Below, in pieces: positions 42,759 through 52,500 of a DNA stretch of 64,000 nt. The position numbers and the translations under genes are program-made. Position 1 is the stretch's first letter. Each line of letters begins with the position of its first letter. This DNA is from an uncultured Haloferula sp. (lineage in GTDB: Bacteria; Verrucomicrobiota; Verrucomicrobiia; Verrucomicrobiales; Akkermansiaceae), in NCBI GenBank assembly GCA_965652295.1, contig CBFGTS010000002.1, positions 32,001 through 96,000 of the forward strand, in the 5' to 3' direction. The notes below the pieces were generated by a model. The model was not told the DNA's origin and searched no databases. It worked only from the letters and a program-made list of their open reading frames with translations.

Positions 42759-43811
42759 ATGCCTAGACCCGTTACTCTCTTCACCGGCCAGTGGGCCGAC
42801 CTGCCCGCCGAGGAACTCTTTCCGAAAGTCAAAGCCATGGGCTTCGATGGCGTCGAACTCGCCTGTTGGGGCGATCATTTCGACGTCCAGGCGGCGCTCC
42901 AGGACGATGGCTACATCGCCCGCCACTGGGAACTGCTGAAAAAGCACGACCTCGGCTGTTACTCAATCTCCGCCCACCTCGTCGGCCAGGCGATCTGCGA
43001 TCCCATCGATGCCCGCCACCAAGCCATCCTGCCCGGCCACGTCTGGGGCGATGGCGATCCGGAAGGCGTCCGCCAGCGCGCGGCGCAGGAGCTCATCGAC
43101 ACGGCCAAGGCCTGCCGCAAATTCCTCGATGCCGGCAAGGACTACATGGCCGGTCGCGCCGCCGGCTCGGGCAAAGCGGTGGTGAACGGCTTCACCGGTT
43201 CCTCGATCTGGCACGCGCTCTATGCGTTTCCGCCCACCAGCCAGGCCTACCTCCAGGCGGGTTTCGACGATTTCGCGAAGCGCTTTCTTCCCATCCTCGA
43301 GGCCTTCGAGAAAGAAGACGTCTATTTCGCGCTGGAAGTCCACCCGACGGAGATCGCCTTCGACATCGCCAGCGCCGACCGCGCGGTCGAAGCGGTGAAA
43401 GGCCACCCGCGGTTCGGTTTCAACTACGACCCCAGTCACCTCGGCTATCAGGGTGTGGACTACGTGAAATTCATCCGGCACTTCGCCGACCGCATCCACC
43501 ACGCCCACATGAAGGACGCCTGGTGGGGCCACGGAAATGGCGATGCCGGCGTGTTCGGCGGGCACACCGACTTCGGCGACGCCCGGAGGTACTGGGACTT
43601 CCGTAGCGTCGGACGCGGCGACATCAATTTCGAGGAGGTCATCGTGGCGCTCAATGACATCGGCTACACCGGTCCGCTTTCCATCGAATGGGAAGACGGC
43701 CGCATGGACCGTTTCCACGGCGCGACCGAGAGCTGCGCCTATGTGAAGGACCTCGATTTCCCCGTGAACCAAGCGGCCTTCGACGCTGCCTTCGATCGCA
43801 AGAACCAGTGA
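42759..43811 (+). CDS. Sugar phosphate isomerase/epimerase (xylose-isomerase-like TIM barrel)
   Basis: [43 protein letters not shown]. Confidence 0.9.
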   Translation: MPRPVTLFTGQWADLPAEELFPKVKAMGFDGVELACWGDHFDVQAALQDDGYIARHWELLKKHDLGCYSISAHLVGQAICDPIDARHQAILPGHVWGDGDPEGVRQRAAQELIDTAKACRKFLDAGKDYMAGRAAGSGKAVVNGFTGSSIWHALYAFPPTSQAYLQAGFDDFAKRFLPILEAFEKEDVYFALEVHPTEIAFDIASADRAVEAVKGHPRFGFNYDPSHLGYQGVDYVKFIRHFADRIHHAHMKDAWWGHGNGDAGVFGGHTDFGDARRYWDFRSVGRGDINFEEVIVALNDIGYTGPLSIEWEDGRMDRFHGATESCAYVKDLDFPVNQAAFDAAFDRKNQ

Positions 43812-43822
43812 TTTCCAGCAAG

Positions 43823-44989
43823 ATGAGCGCATTCAAACGAAAAATCCGATACGGCATGGTGGGCGGAGGCCAGGGGGCCTTCATTGGGGCGGTGCATCGC
43901 ATCGCCGCGGCGATGGATGGCCAGATCGAACTGGTTTGCGGGGCGTTCTCGTCCGATCCGCAACGTTCGAAAGACTCGGGCGCGGACCTGTTTCTCGCAC
44001 CAGACCGCTGCTACGCGACCTACGAGGAGATGATCGAAAGGGAGGCCGCACTGCCGGCCGACCAGCGGATGGAGTTCGTCTCGATCGTGACTCCCAACCA
44101 CGTCCATTTCCCCGCCGCAAAAGCCGCACTGGAGGCGGGGTTCCACGTGATGTCGGACAAACCCGCCACTCTCGACCTCGCGGAGGCGAAAGCCCTGCAG
44201 AAGATCGTCGAGGAGACCGGCCTGCTCTACGGACTGACCCACAACTACACCGGCTATCCCATGGTCAAGCAGGCGCGTGACATGGTGGCCGCCGGGGACC
44301 TTGGTCAGATCCGCAAGATCGTTGTCGAGTATCCGCAAGGCTGGCTCGCCACCAAACTGGAAGACACCGGCCAGAAGCAGGCCGCCTGGCGGTCCGATCC
44401 GAAGAAATCCGGTGCCGCCGGGGCTTTCGGCGACATCGGCAGCCACGCGGAGAACCTGGCCGAGTTCATTTCCGGACTGCCCATCGCCGAGCTGGCGGCG
44501 GACATCACGACCTTCGTCGATGGCCGCTTGCTTGATGACGATGGCAACGTGCTGCTGCGCTTCGAGGGCGGAGCGAAAGGAATCCTGCACTGCTCGCAGA
44601 TCAGTGTGGGCGAGGAAAACAACCTCAACATCCGCGTCTGGGGCGAGAAGGGTGGACTGGAGTGGCACCAGACCGAGCCGAACACGCTGCTCGTGAAATG
44701 GAACGATCAGCCGGATCAGATCTACCGGACCGGCACCGGCTACCTCGGTGGCAACGCCGCCTCCGCGACACGCACCCCACCGGGGCATCCCGAGGGCTAC
44801 CTCGAAGCTTTCGCCAACCTCTACCGCAATTTCGCCAATCACGTCCGGGCGGTCGCTGATGGAGTGGAGCCCGATGCGGTGGCATTGGATTACCCGAAAA
44901 TCTCGGACGGACTGCGGGGCATGGCCTTCATCAAGGCTGTCGTCGCCTCGTCAAAGGCAAACGCGGCGTGGACGAAACTCGATCTCTAA
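43823..44989 (+). CDS. Gfo/Idh/MocA family oxidoreductase
   Basis: GMVGGGQGAFIG, IVTPNHVH, DKP, GDIGSHA. Confidence 0.92.
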   Translation: MSAFKRKIRYGMVGGGQGAFIGAVHRIAAAMDGQIELVCGAFSSDPQRSKDSGADLFLAPDRCYATYEEMIEREAALPADQRMEFVSIVTPNHVHFPAAKAALEAGFHVMSDKPATLDLAEAKALQKIVEETGLLYGLTHNYTGYPMVKQARDMVAAGDLGQIRKIVVEYPQGWLATKLEDTGQKQAAWRSDPKKSGAAGAFGDIGSHAENLAEFISGLPIAELAADITTFVDGRLLDDDGNVLLRFEGGAKGILHCSQISVGEENNLNIRVWGEKGGLEWHQTEPNTLLVKWNDQPDQIYRTGTGYLGGNAASATRTPPGHPEGYLEAFANLYRNFANHVRAVADGVEPDAVALDYPKISDGLRGMAFIKAVVASSKANAAWTKLDL

Positions 44990-44996
44990 CACAACC

Positions 44997-45863
44997 ATGA
45001 AACCCGGATTGATCATGTCGATGGGAGCCTGTGGGGCGGTGCTGTTGATGGCCGCGGCACCGGAAAACGAGCAGCCTCCTGCAGGGGCTGCGGAGAAAAT
45101 CGCCGAGGCGCTGCCCGCGGAGCCCTTCGTCAAGCCCGCCAAGGCGAGGAAGGTGCTGGTGTTTTCGAAAACGGGCGGGTTCCGCCACGAATCGATCGCC
45201 ACCGGCAAGGTCGCGCTGGCGGAGCTGGGCGAGAAGACCGGAGCCTTCGAAGCGGTGATCAGCGATGACGTGGCGAATTTCGAGAAGGGGAAGATCGACG
45301 CCTTCGACGCGATCGTTTTCCTCAGCACGACCCAGAACCCTTTCCAGGGTGCCGGGAACGAGAAGGACCTGAAGGACAACCTGATGGCTTTCGTGAAGGG
45401 CGGAAAGGGTTTCGTCGGGATTCATGCCGCGACGGACACCTTCTACGAGTGGCCGGAGTATGGTGAAATGATGAACGGCTACTTCGATGGCCATCCTTGG
45501 ACCGCCGACAAAAAGGTGCACATCGACGTCGAACCGGGCCAGGAGAAGCATCCGCTGGCAGCGATGTTCGAGGGCGAGCCGATGGAGTTCGAGGAGGAGA
45601 TCTATCAGTTCAAGGATCCCTACGATTCGTCCAAGGTCACGATGCTGCTGCGCCTGGACCCGAAGAAGAGCGATCCGGTGGGTGGTATGAAGCGCGAGGA
45701 CAACGACTACGGCGTGGCCTGGGCGCGCAACTGGGGCGAGGGCCGCGTCTTCTACTGTTCGCTGGGCCACAACCACCACATCTACTGGAATCCCAAGGTG
45801 CTGAGGCACTACCTCGCCGGCATCCAGTGGGCGATGGGGGATCTTGAGGCGGAGGTGGAGTAG
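44997..45863 (+). CDS. Secreted ThuA-like domain protein
   Basis: Signal peptide, VLVFSKTGGFRHESI, GFVGIHAATD, FDGHPW, GRVFYCSLGH. Confidence 0.88.
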   Translation: MKPGLIMSMGACGAVLLMAAAPENEQPPAGAAEKIAEALPAEPFVKPAKARKVLVFSKTGGFRHESIATGKVALAELGEKTGAFEAVISDDVANFEKGKIDAFDAIVFLSTTQNPFQGAGNEKDLKDNLMAFVKGGKGFVGIHAATDTFYEWPEYGEMMNGYFDGHPWTADKKVHIDVEPGQEKHPLAAMFEGEPMEFEEEIYQFKDPYDSSKVTMLLRLDPKKSDPVGGMKREDNDYGVAWARNWGEGRVFYCSLGHNHHIYWNPKVLRHYLAGIQWAMGDLEAEVE

Positions 45864-45878
45864 GAGACGGCGGCGATC

Positions 45879-45914
45879 TTTCGGAGTGCTCCGACATGTC
45901 GGAGCAGTCCGAAA
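45879..45914. repeat. 36-bp near-perfect palindrome between convergent genes
   Basis: TTTCGGA-G-TGCTCCGACA|TGTCGGAGCA-G-TCCGAAA; one mismatch and no spacer. Confidence 0.85.
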
Positions 45915-45929
45915 ACACCAACAGAAGCC

Positions 45930-48900
45930 CTACGCGAACCAGCGGACGCCGGCTTCGAAGATGGGCTGGAATTTCTCGCCGGGGACGTTCTTCGCAACGT
46001 TCATGCCGCGGCGCTCGGAGTGGCCCATTTTGCCCAGAACCCGGCCGCAGGGGCTGGTGATGGCCTCGATGGCGGCAACGGAGCCGTTCGGATTGGTGGC
46101 GACGTCCATCGCGGGATTTCCGTCGATGTCGCAATACTGGGTGGCGATCTGACCGCCTTCGATGAGGGAGGCGAGCACTTCGGGTGAAGCAACGAATTTG
46201 CCCTCACCATGGGAAAGGGGGATGCGGTGGAGGTCTCCGGGGTGGTTCAGCGCGAACCACGGTGAGCGGTTGTCGACGATGCGGGTGGTCGCGTAGCACG
46301 AGAGGTGGCGGCCGATGTCGTTGTGGAAGAGCGTGGGGCTCTGCTCGTCGAGCTCGCGGATCTCGCCGTAGGGAACGAGGCCGGTCTTGATGAGGGCCTG
46401 GAAGCCGTTGCAGATCCCGAGAATGAGACCGTCGCGGTTCTTGAGCAGATCCATCACGGCGTCGGCCACGCGTGGGTTGCGCAGGACGGTAGCGATGAAC
46501 TTTGCGGAGCCATCGGGCTCGTCACCCGCGCTGAAGCCGCCGGGAATGAAGAGGATCTGCGATTGGCGGATCTCCTCGGCGAGGCGTTCGAGGGATTGTT
46601 CGATGTGCCCGGCGGTGAGATTGCGAAAGACTTCGATGTGAGTGATCGCGCCCGCTTCCAGGAAGGCTTTGGCGGAATCGTATTCCGAATTGGTTCCGGG
46701 GAAAGCGGGGATGATCACCCGCGGTTGGGGGAGCGGAGATGCGGCACGGATCGGTCCGGGAATCTTGGACGGAGCGATCGTCACTGCGTCGCCCAAGGGG
46801 GCGTCATCGGGTTGCGTGGGATAGACGTGCTCAAGCGTTCCCGTCCATGCGTCGAGGAGGGCGGAAAGGTGATGCGTTTCCCCGCCCAGCGTCAGCACCG
46901 GCTCGGAGGTGGTGGTGCCAAGAGTGATGGCGCCGAATGAGGCGTGCAGGGGATCGGCGTGCTCGATGAGGAAGGCGGCGGGGCGGGGGGTGAAGAGGTC
47001 CTGGGCCTGGCGGATGGAATCCGCCGCCACGAAGCCGAGCCCGTTGCCGAAGCAGCAAAGGGCGAGGGCGTGGGCGATGCCGCCAATGCCGACGTGCTTC
47101 ATGGAAAGGATGGCACCGGACTTGTTGAGGCCGTGAAGCTTGGCGGCCAAACTACGGAGAGCGTCGTAGTCGGGGAGTCCGTCGTCGGTGGCGGGAACTT
47201 CGACGAGGCTGACGGTCGACCTGGCTTCCTTGAACTCGGGCGAAAGGGCGAGCGAGGCTTGGCCCGGTGCGAGGGCAAAGGACACGAGGGTCGGAGGGAC
47301 GTCGAGCTCGTTGAAGGATCCGGACATCGAATCCTTGCCGCCGATCGCGGCGAGGCGGAGTCCGTGCTGTGCATCGAAGGCACCGAGCAGGGCAGCGAAA
47401 GGAAGACCCCAGCGGGCGGGATCGTCGCCGAGCTTGGGAAAGTATTCCTGAAGCGTGAGGCGGGTGTCTTCAAGGCGGGCACCGGCGGACACCAGCTTGA
47501 GGACGGACTCGGTGACGGCCCAGGCCGCACCGTGAAAGGGAGAGGCGGAACTACGGTGCGGGTCGTAGGCCCAGCTCATGAAGGAGGCGGTGTCGGTGTC
47601 ACCTTCGAGCAGCGGGAGCTTGGCGACCATCGCGTCCGGCGGAGTGAGCTGTCGGTCGCCTCCGAAGGGCCAGAGGACGGTGGAGGCACCGACGGAGCCG
47701 TCGAACATTTCGCCGAGACCTTTTTGGGAGGCGAGGTGGAGACTGGCGAGGTGCTCGGGAAGACTGCGATCAGCGGTCGCTTCTACGGCCTGTGGCCAGC
47801 GGCCGCAGCCACGGACGTGAATCGTGGCCGATTGTTGGACGCCGTTGGTATCGAGGAAAGCGCGGGAGAGATCGACGATGATCTTGCCGCGCCAGGTCAT
47901 GCGAAGGCGGCCGTGGTCGCGGACGTCGGCGACGTGGACGCACTCAAGGTTTTCCGCGTCGGAGGCGGCGACGAAGAAGTCCACGTCGGCGGGGTCGACA
48001 CACACGGCCATCCGTTCCTGGGACTCGGAAATGGCAAGCTCGGTGCCGTCGAGGCCGTCGTATTTCTTCGGCACGGCATCGAGGTCGATATCGAGCGAGG
48101 GAGCGATTTCGCCAATGGCGACGGACACCCCTCCGGCTCCGAAGTCGTTGCAGATCTTGATCCGTTGGGAGAGGTCGGGATTGCGGAAGAGTCGCTGGAT
48201 CTTCCGCTCGGTCGGGGCGTCACCCTTCTGGACCTCGGCGGAGTTCTCGAGAGCGGTATCGGTGTGTTCTTTGGAGGAGCCGGTGGCTCCGCCGACGCCA
48301 TCGCGACCGGTGCGGCCGCCGATGAGCAGAATCACGTCGCCGGGGGCGGGAGTGCCGCGGAACACGTTGGAGCGGGGAGCGGCGGCGACCACGGCACCGA
48401 TTTCGAGGCGCTTGGCGACGTAGCCGGGATGATAAATCTCCGCGACCTGGCCGGTGGCGAGGCCGATCTGATTGCCATAGGACGAGTAGCCCTTGGCGGC
48501 GACCTGGCAGATTTTCCGCTGCGGCAGCTTGCCGGGGAGGGTTTCGGAAACAGGAACGGTGGGATCGGCCGCGCCGGTGACCCGCATCGCCTGATAGACA
48601 TACGAGCGACCGGAAAGCGGGTCACGGATGCAGCCGCCGAGGCAGGTGGCCGCGCCGCCGAAGGGCTCGATCTCGGTCGGGTGATTGTGGGTCTCGTTCT
48701 TGAACTGGATCAGCCATTCCTCGGGACGGACAGTCCCGTCGGGTTTGGAAATATCGGCCGTGACGACGATCGATGCGGCATTGATTTCCTCGGACTCCTC
48801 AAGGTTGTCGAGTTCGCCGGAGGCGCGCAGTTCGCGCATGCCGATCAGGGCGATGTCCATCAGGGTGACGTCGCGGTCCTGCCGACCGAGCTGCTCGCGG

Positions 48901-49649
48901 ACCGACTGATAGGTTTTCCACGCGCGCTGCACCGGCTCGGCGTCCTTATCGAAACTGACGTCGGCGATGCGGGTGAGGAAAGTGGTGTGGCGGCAGTGGT
49001 CGGACCAGTAGGTGTCGAGCATCCGGATCTCGGTGATGCTCGGCGCGCGCCCCTCTTCGTCGCGGAAGTATTTTTGGCAAAACGCGACGTCCTCCGGAGA
49101 CATCGCAAGTCCGAGGTCGGCCCGGAGCTCGGCGGGATCCGCGGCCATGAAGCCGTCAAGGATGGCCACGTCCGCCGGCATGCCGGGACGGGTCTGGAAC
49201 GAAGGCGCTTCCAGCGGCACCTCGTGGGAATCGACCGTGTTGATGAGGTAGTTCTTGATCGCGGCGATCTCGGAATCGTCGAGCGGCCCGCACGGGATGA
49301 TCACGCGGGCGGAAGCGACGCGCGGGCGTTCGCCACTGGTCAGGATCTGGATGCACTGCGCGGCGGAGTCGGCGCGCTGATCGAACTGCCCGGGAAGGTA
49401 CTCGATGACGAAGGGATGCTCGTTTTCCACTACTTCCAGCTCGTGCGAGGTGCGGTCGATCTGGGGCTCGCTGAGGATGCCGCGAACGGCGGCGGCGAAC
49501 TGTTCGTCATCGAGTCCGTCGAGATCGTAGCGCTGGACGAGGCGCAGACCCTGGAGATGGGGGACTTCGAGGGATTCCCGGAGTTCGTGGAGGAGGTGGC
49601 GCGCTTCGTTGGAGAATGCCGGCGTTTTTTCGACGAAAAGACGATGCAT
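45930..49649 (-). CDS. purL: Phosphoribosylformylglycinamidine synthase (large single-chain PurL)
   Basis: YWSDHCRH, KNETHNHPT, DFGAGG, SESQERM, GGFSAGD, GICNGFQ, KMGHSER. Confidence 0.97.
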   Translation of the reverse strand: MHRLFVEKTPAFSNEARHLLHELRESLEVPHLQGLRLVQRYDLDGLDDEQFAAAVRGILSEPQIDRTSHELEVVENEHPFVIEYLPGQFDQRADSAAQCIQILTSGERPRVASARVIIPCGPLDDSEIAAIKNYLINTVDSHEVPLEAPSFQTRPGMPADVAILDGFMAADPAELRADLGLAMSPEDVAFCQKYFRDEEGRAPSITEIRMLDTYWSDHCRHTTFLTRIADVSFDKDAEPVQRAWKTYQSVREQLGRQDRDVTLMDIALIGMRELRASGELDNLEESEEINAASIVVTADISKPDGTVRPEEWLIQFKNETHNHPTEIEPFGGAATCLGGCIRDPLSGRSYVYQAMRVTGAADPTVPVSETLPGKLPQRKICQVAAKGYSSYGNQIGLATGQVAEIYHPGYVAKRLEIGAVVAAAPRSNVFRGTPAPGDVILLIGGRTGRDGVGGATGSSKEHTDTALENSAEVQKGDAPTERKIQRLFRNPDLSQRIKICNDFGAGGVSVAIGEIAPSLDIDLDAVPKKYDGLDGTELAISESQERMAVCVDPADVDFFVAASDAENLECVHVADVRDHGRLRMTWRGKIIVDLSRAFLDTNGVQQSATIHVRGCGRWPQAVEATADRSLPEHLASLHLASQKGLGEMFDGSVGASTVLWPFGGDRQLTPPDAMVAKLPLLEGDTDTASFMSWAYDPHRSSASPFHGAAWAVTESVLKLVSAGARLEDTRLTLQEYFPKLGDDPARWGLPFAALLGAFDAQHGLRLAAIGGKDSMSGSFNELDVPPTLVSFALAPGQASLALSPEFKEARSTVSLVEVPATDDGLPDYDALRSLAAKLHGLNKSGAILSMKHVGIGGIAHALALCCFGNGLGFVAADSIRQAQDLFTPRPAAFLIEHADPLHASFGAITLGTTTSEPVLTLGGETHHLSALLDAWTGTLEHVYPTQPDDAPLGDAVTIAPSKIPGPIRAASPLPQPRVIIPAFPGTNSEYDSAKAFLEAGAITHIEVFRNLTAGHIEQSLERLAEEIRQSQILFIPGGFSAGDEPDGSAKFIATVLRNPRVADAVMDLLKNRDGLILGICNGFQALIKTGLVPYGEIRELDEQSPTLFHNDIGRHLSCYATTRIVDNRSPWFALNHPGDLHRIPLSHGEGKFVASPEVLASLIEGGQIATQYCDIDGNPAMDVATNPNGSVAAIEAITSPCGRVLGKMGHSERRGMNVAKNVPGEKFQPIFEAGVRWFA

Positions 49650-49733
49650 GAGGGTGTGGTGCGAAACCGCGGAGGGTAGCGGCGGATCGGGTGAGGGCAA
49701 GGCGCGGTTGATCCGGATGTCAGACGCCGGGAA

Positions 49734-50723
49734 TCACTCGCCTTGGAAAGGACGGGCGCGGCCGTGGTCGATACAATCGCAGAGCCAGTCGATGAGACCG
49801 GCAGTTTCCGTGCTTTCGCGGCGCAGAGTCTCGAAGGCACCCCAGTCGATGTGCTGACGGTGGCGCGGGGCGGCAATGCGCTCGAACTGGATTCGCTCGA
49901 CCAGCGCCTCGGTTTCCTTTGGGTGCGCGTTGAGGATGTGGGCGGCGCGCGGGAGATCGTCGAGTGTTTCGATATCGATCCCGAACGAGCTGACCCCGAC
50001 GCCGAAAGCGGCATTCAGAGCGCGGAGGCCGTCGGCGAGCGCCTCATCGACGATCGGGGCGGCGTACACCAGCTCGCCCCCCTGGGTCCAGGTCGAGGCG
50101 GAAAGGGTTTGGAAAAAGTCTTCGCGGAAGCCATGGAGCGAGGCTTGGATCCGCAGTCGCGTGCTGGTGAGCCGAAAGGGGGGAAGCCCGAGGCGCTGTT
50201 TGAGCGAGAGCATGCGCGATTCAAGCGTCATGGCCTCGTCGTGGTCCTCACCGGTCTGCCAATCGACCAGGATCATTTCGGGGTACTTCCAGAGATTTCC
50301 GAGAGGGGATCCGGCGGTGAACACACTGCGGAATTCAAAGGGAAACCGGCTGCTGAGTTCGTTGTAACGGCGGACGATGGCGCGGAATTTTTTCACCCGC
50401 TCCAAAGCGTGATCGATCGCTTTGGAATCGCTGCCGAGGTCGTCGAGGCGGCCCTGGCTGAGCGAAAGGAGCTCCTGCGCTCCGGAGAGGGCGGGGACCG
50501 GAGCGGAGCGGCGGTAGTAGCCCTGGCCTTTTTCCACCTTGGCGATCGGCGACGCCGGATCGCAGGACATGATGGAGAAATGATAGCGCAGCGATGCGTC
50601 GGAGTAATTGCCGGTGAGCTGGAGACGGACGAGGCGGATGAGCTCGGTCCCCTTGATGGCTTCGGCGGGATTACTGGGAAGCAGGGAGGGAAGGAGGTCC
50701 GTTAACTGGCTGCGGAGGCTCAT
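49734..50723 (-). CDS. wHTH + HrgA/COG2958-like restriction-endonuclease-fold protein
   Basis: N-terminal HTH-like region ending GQGYY; GNLWKYPEMILV, REDFFQTLSASTWTQGGELV and FGVGV resemble the HrgA-family pattern. Confidence 0.55.
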   Translation of the reverse strand: MSLRSQLTDLLPSLLPSNPAEAIKGTELIRLVRLQLTGNYSDASLRYHFSIMSCDPASPIAKVEKGQGYYRRSAPVPALSGAQELLSLSQGRLDDLGSDSKAIDHALERVKKFRAIVRRYNELSSRFPFEFRSVFTAGSPLGNLWKYPEMILVDWQTGEDHDEAMTLESRMLSLKQRLGLPPFRLTSTRLRIQASLHGFREDFFQTLSASTWTQGGELVYAAPIVDEALADGLRALNAAFGVGVSSFGIDIETLDDLPRAAHILNAHPKETEALVERIQFERIAAPRHRQHIDWGAFETLRRESTETAGLIDWLCDCIDHGRARPFQGE

Positions 50724-50892
50724 GGCAAGAAGTGCGCGGTCCGGGGGGGACTGCTGCGCAGTATCCAACGGGAGCGCCCGGCTGGCAGACAAGCTCCAAA
50801 GGTGGCTTTTTTGCAGAATGCCCGACGAAGGCGGCGAAATTTTTGGCGATGATCCGGCTTGCTTGCTGGCGTGGTCGGGAGCTGGGTCGGGC

Positions 50893-51501
50893 ATGCGCGA
50901 TTGGCATGCCTGCTGGATGGAGGGGGAAACGCCGTGGGATCGTGGATCGGCGGCACCACCCCTGATCGAATTACTGGAGAGTGAAGCCGGAAGCTTTTTG
51001 AAAGATGCGACGGTGCTGGTGCCCGGCTGCGGCTCCGGCCATGACGTGCGGGCGTTGGCCGATCACGGAGCAAGACCGGTGGGGCTGGACCTTTCGCCGA
51101 AGGCGATCGATGTGGCCCGCGGGATGTCGGATGGGAACGCGAGCTACGAGAGCGGGGATTTCCTCGATGGATCACGGACCGGCTACGATGCCCTATGGGA
51201 GCACACGTGCTTTTGCGCAATCGAGCCGCACCAGCGCCGCGCCTACATTGCGGCGGCAGCGCGGGCGGTGAAGCCGGGCGGCAGGCTGTGCGCGGTGTTT
51301 TACCTCGATCCGGACAACGATGAGGAAGGTCCGCCCTATGCGGTGGACGAGGCGGAGATCCGTGAACGCTTCGGGCCGTATTTCCGGATGCTGGAAGCCT
51401 GGGTGCCCTCGATGAGCTACCCCGGCCGGGAGGGTCGCGAATGGCTGGTGGTGGCTGAGCGAAATTCCGAAGAAGTTGCGCCGGAGCGCGTGCCGGAGTA
51501 A
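50893..51501 (+). CDS. Thiopurine S-methyltransferase-like SAM-dependent methyltransferase
   Basis: TPWDRG, VLVPGCGSGHD, GLDLSP, EHTCFCAI, GPPY. Confidence 0.9.
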   Translation: MRDWHACWMEGETPWDRGSAAPPLIELLESEAGSFLKDATVLVPGCGSGHDVRALADHGARPVGLDLSPKAIDVARGMSDGNASYESGDFLDGSRTGYDALWEHTCFCAIEPHQRRAYIAAAARAVKPGGRLCAVFYLDPDNDEEGPPYAVDEAEIRERFGPYFRMLEAWVPSMSYPGREGREWLVVAERNSEEVAPERVPE

Positions 51502-51516
51502 GGGAATCCGCAGCAA

Positions 51517-52500
51517 ATGACGGTCACGCCGCGCATCATTCTGGCCATCGTCCTCACCGCGGGTTCCGCGGTGGCGGAACGTTCGTGGATCAACGATAAA
51601 CGCGTGCCGGAAGGACGGAAGGACCTCAAGGAGATCCAGCGCTTGATGCAGGAAGCGCTGCCGAAAGCGCGGGCGGCGACGGTCTGTATCCAGCTCGGTC
51701 AGGGCTCCGGCAGCGGCGTGGTGGTTAGTGAGGACGGACTGATCATGACTGCGGCGCACGTGACCGGCGGGATCGGGCGAACGTTCTCGGTGATTTTCGA
51801 AGACGGACGTGAAGTGAAGGCGGAGTCGCTGGGACTGAACTCGGAGACCGATTCGGCGCTGGCCCGGATCGTCGAGCCGGGCAGCTATCCCTTTGTGGAA
51901 CTCGATCGAAGCGAAGGCGTTCAGCTGGGCGATTGGGTTTTCGCGCTAGGGCACGCAGGCGGGTTTGACAAAGACCGCGGAGTCGTTTTCCGGCCAGGGC
52001 GGATCGTCCGCATGACCGGGACGACGCTCCAGTCCGACTGTAGTCTGATCGGGGGGGATTCCGGCGGTCCACTCTTCGATCTCGAAGGAAATCTGGTGGG
52101 GATCCATTCGCGGGTCGGTGCCAAGCTGCCGGAAAACATGCACGTGCCCACCTCCGAGTTTCTCGGGAAATGGGATCAGCTCAAGGGGGCCGAGTTTCTC
52201 GGTACCGGTCCGTTCGCCGAAAAACCTGAGATCGGAAGCGCGTTTCTCGGCGTGCTCGTCGAGGCTCGTTCGGCCGGCGGCGTGGTTGTGGAAAAGGTGG
52301 GTCGCGAGTCCCCTGCGGAGAAAGCCGGCATGAAGGCCGGAGACGTCATCCTCAGCGTCGACGGAGTGCCGCTGACCGATCGGGAATCGCTGAAGCGCTG
52401 GCTCGACACCAAGGCTCCGGACGAGCAGGTGGCTTTTGAGATGTTACGCAGCGGCGAGACGGAAACCTTGACCATGAGATTGGGGGATCGCGATGCGTGA
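51517..52500 (+). CDS. S1C (HtrA-like) serine protease with PDZ
   Basis: GSGVVV, TAAHV, GGDSGGPL, C-terminal PDZ (SPAEKAGMKAGDVI). Confidence 0.92.
   Translation: MTVTPRIILAIVLTAGSAVAERSWINDKRVPEGRKDLKEIQRLMQEALPKARAATVCIQLGQGSGSGVVVSEDGLIMTAAHVTGGIGRTFSVIFEDGREVKAESLGLNSETDSALARIVEPGSYPFVELDRSEGVQLGDWVFALGHAGGFDKDRGVVFRPGRIVRMTGTTLQSDCSLIGGDSGGPLFDLEGNLVGIHSRVGAKLPENMHVPTSEFLGKWDQLKGAEFLGTGPFAEKPEIGSAFLGVLVEARSAGGVVVEKVGRESPAEKAGMKAGDVILSVDGVPLTDRESLKRWLDTKAPDEQVAFEMLRSGETETLTMRLGDRDA

Noticed and set aside
46944..49679. 911-aa plus-strand ORF (likewise 35026-37314, 60603-62735, 30565-31842)
   Set aside because: Antisense to well-supported genes (purL, GH106-like, nuoL, ftsH); no independent motifs.
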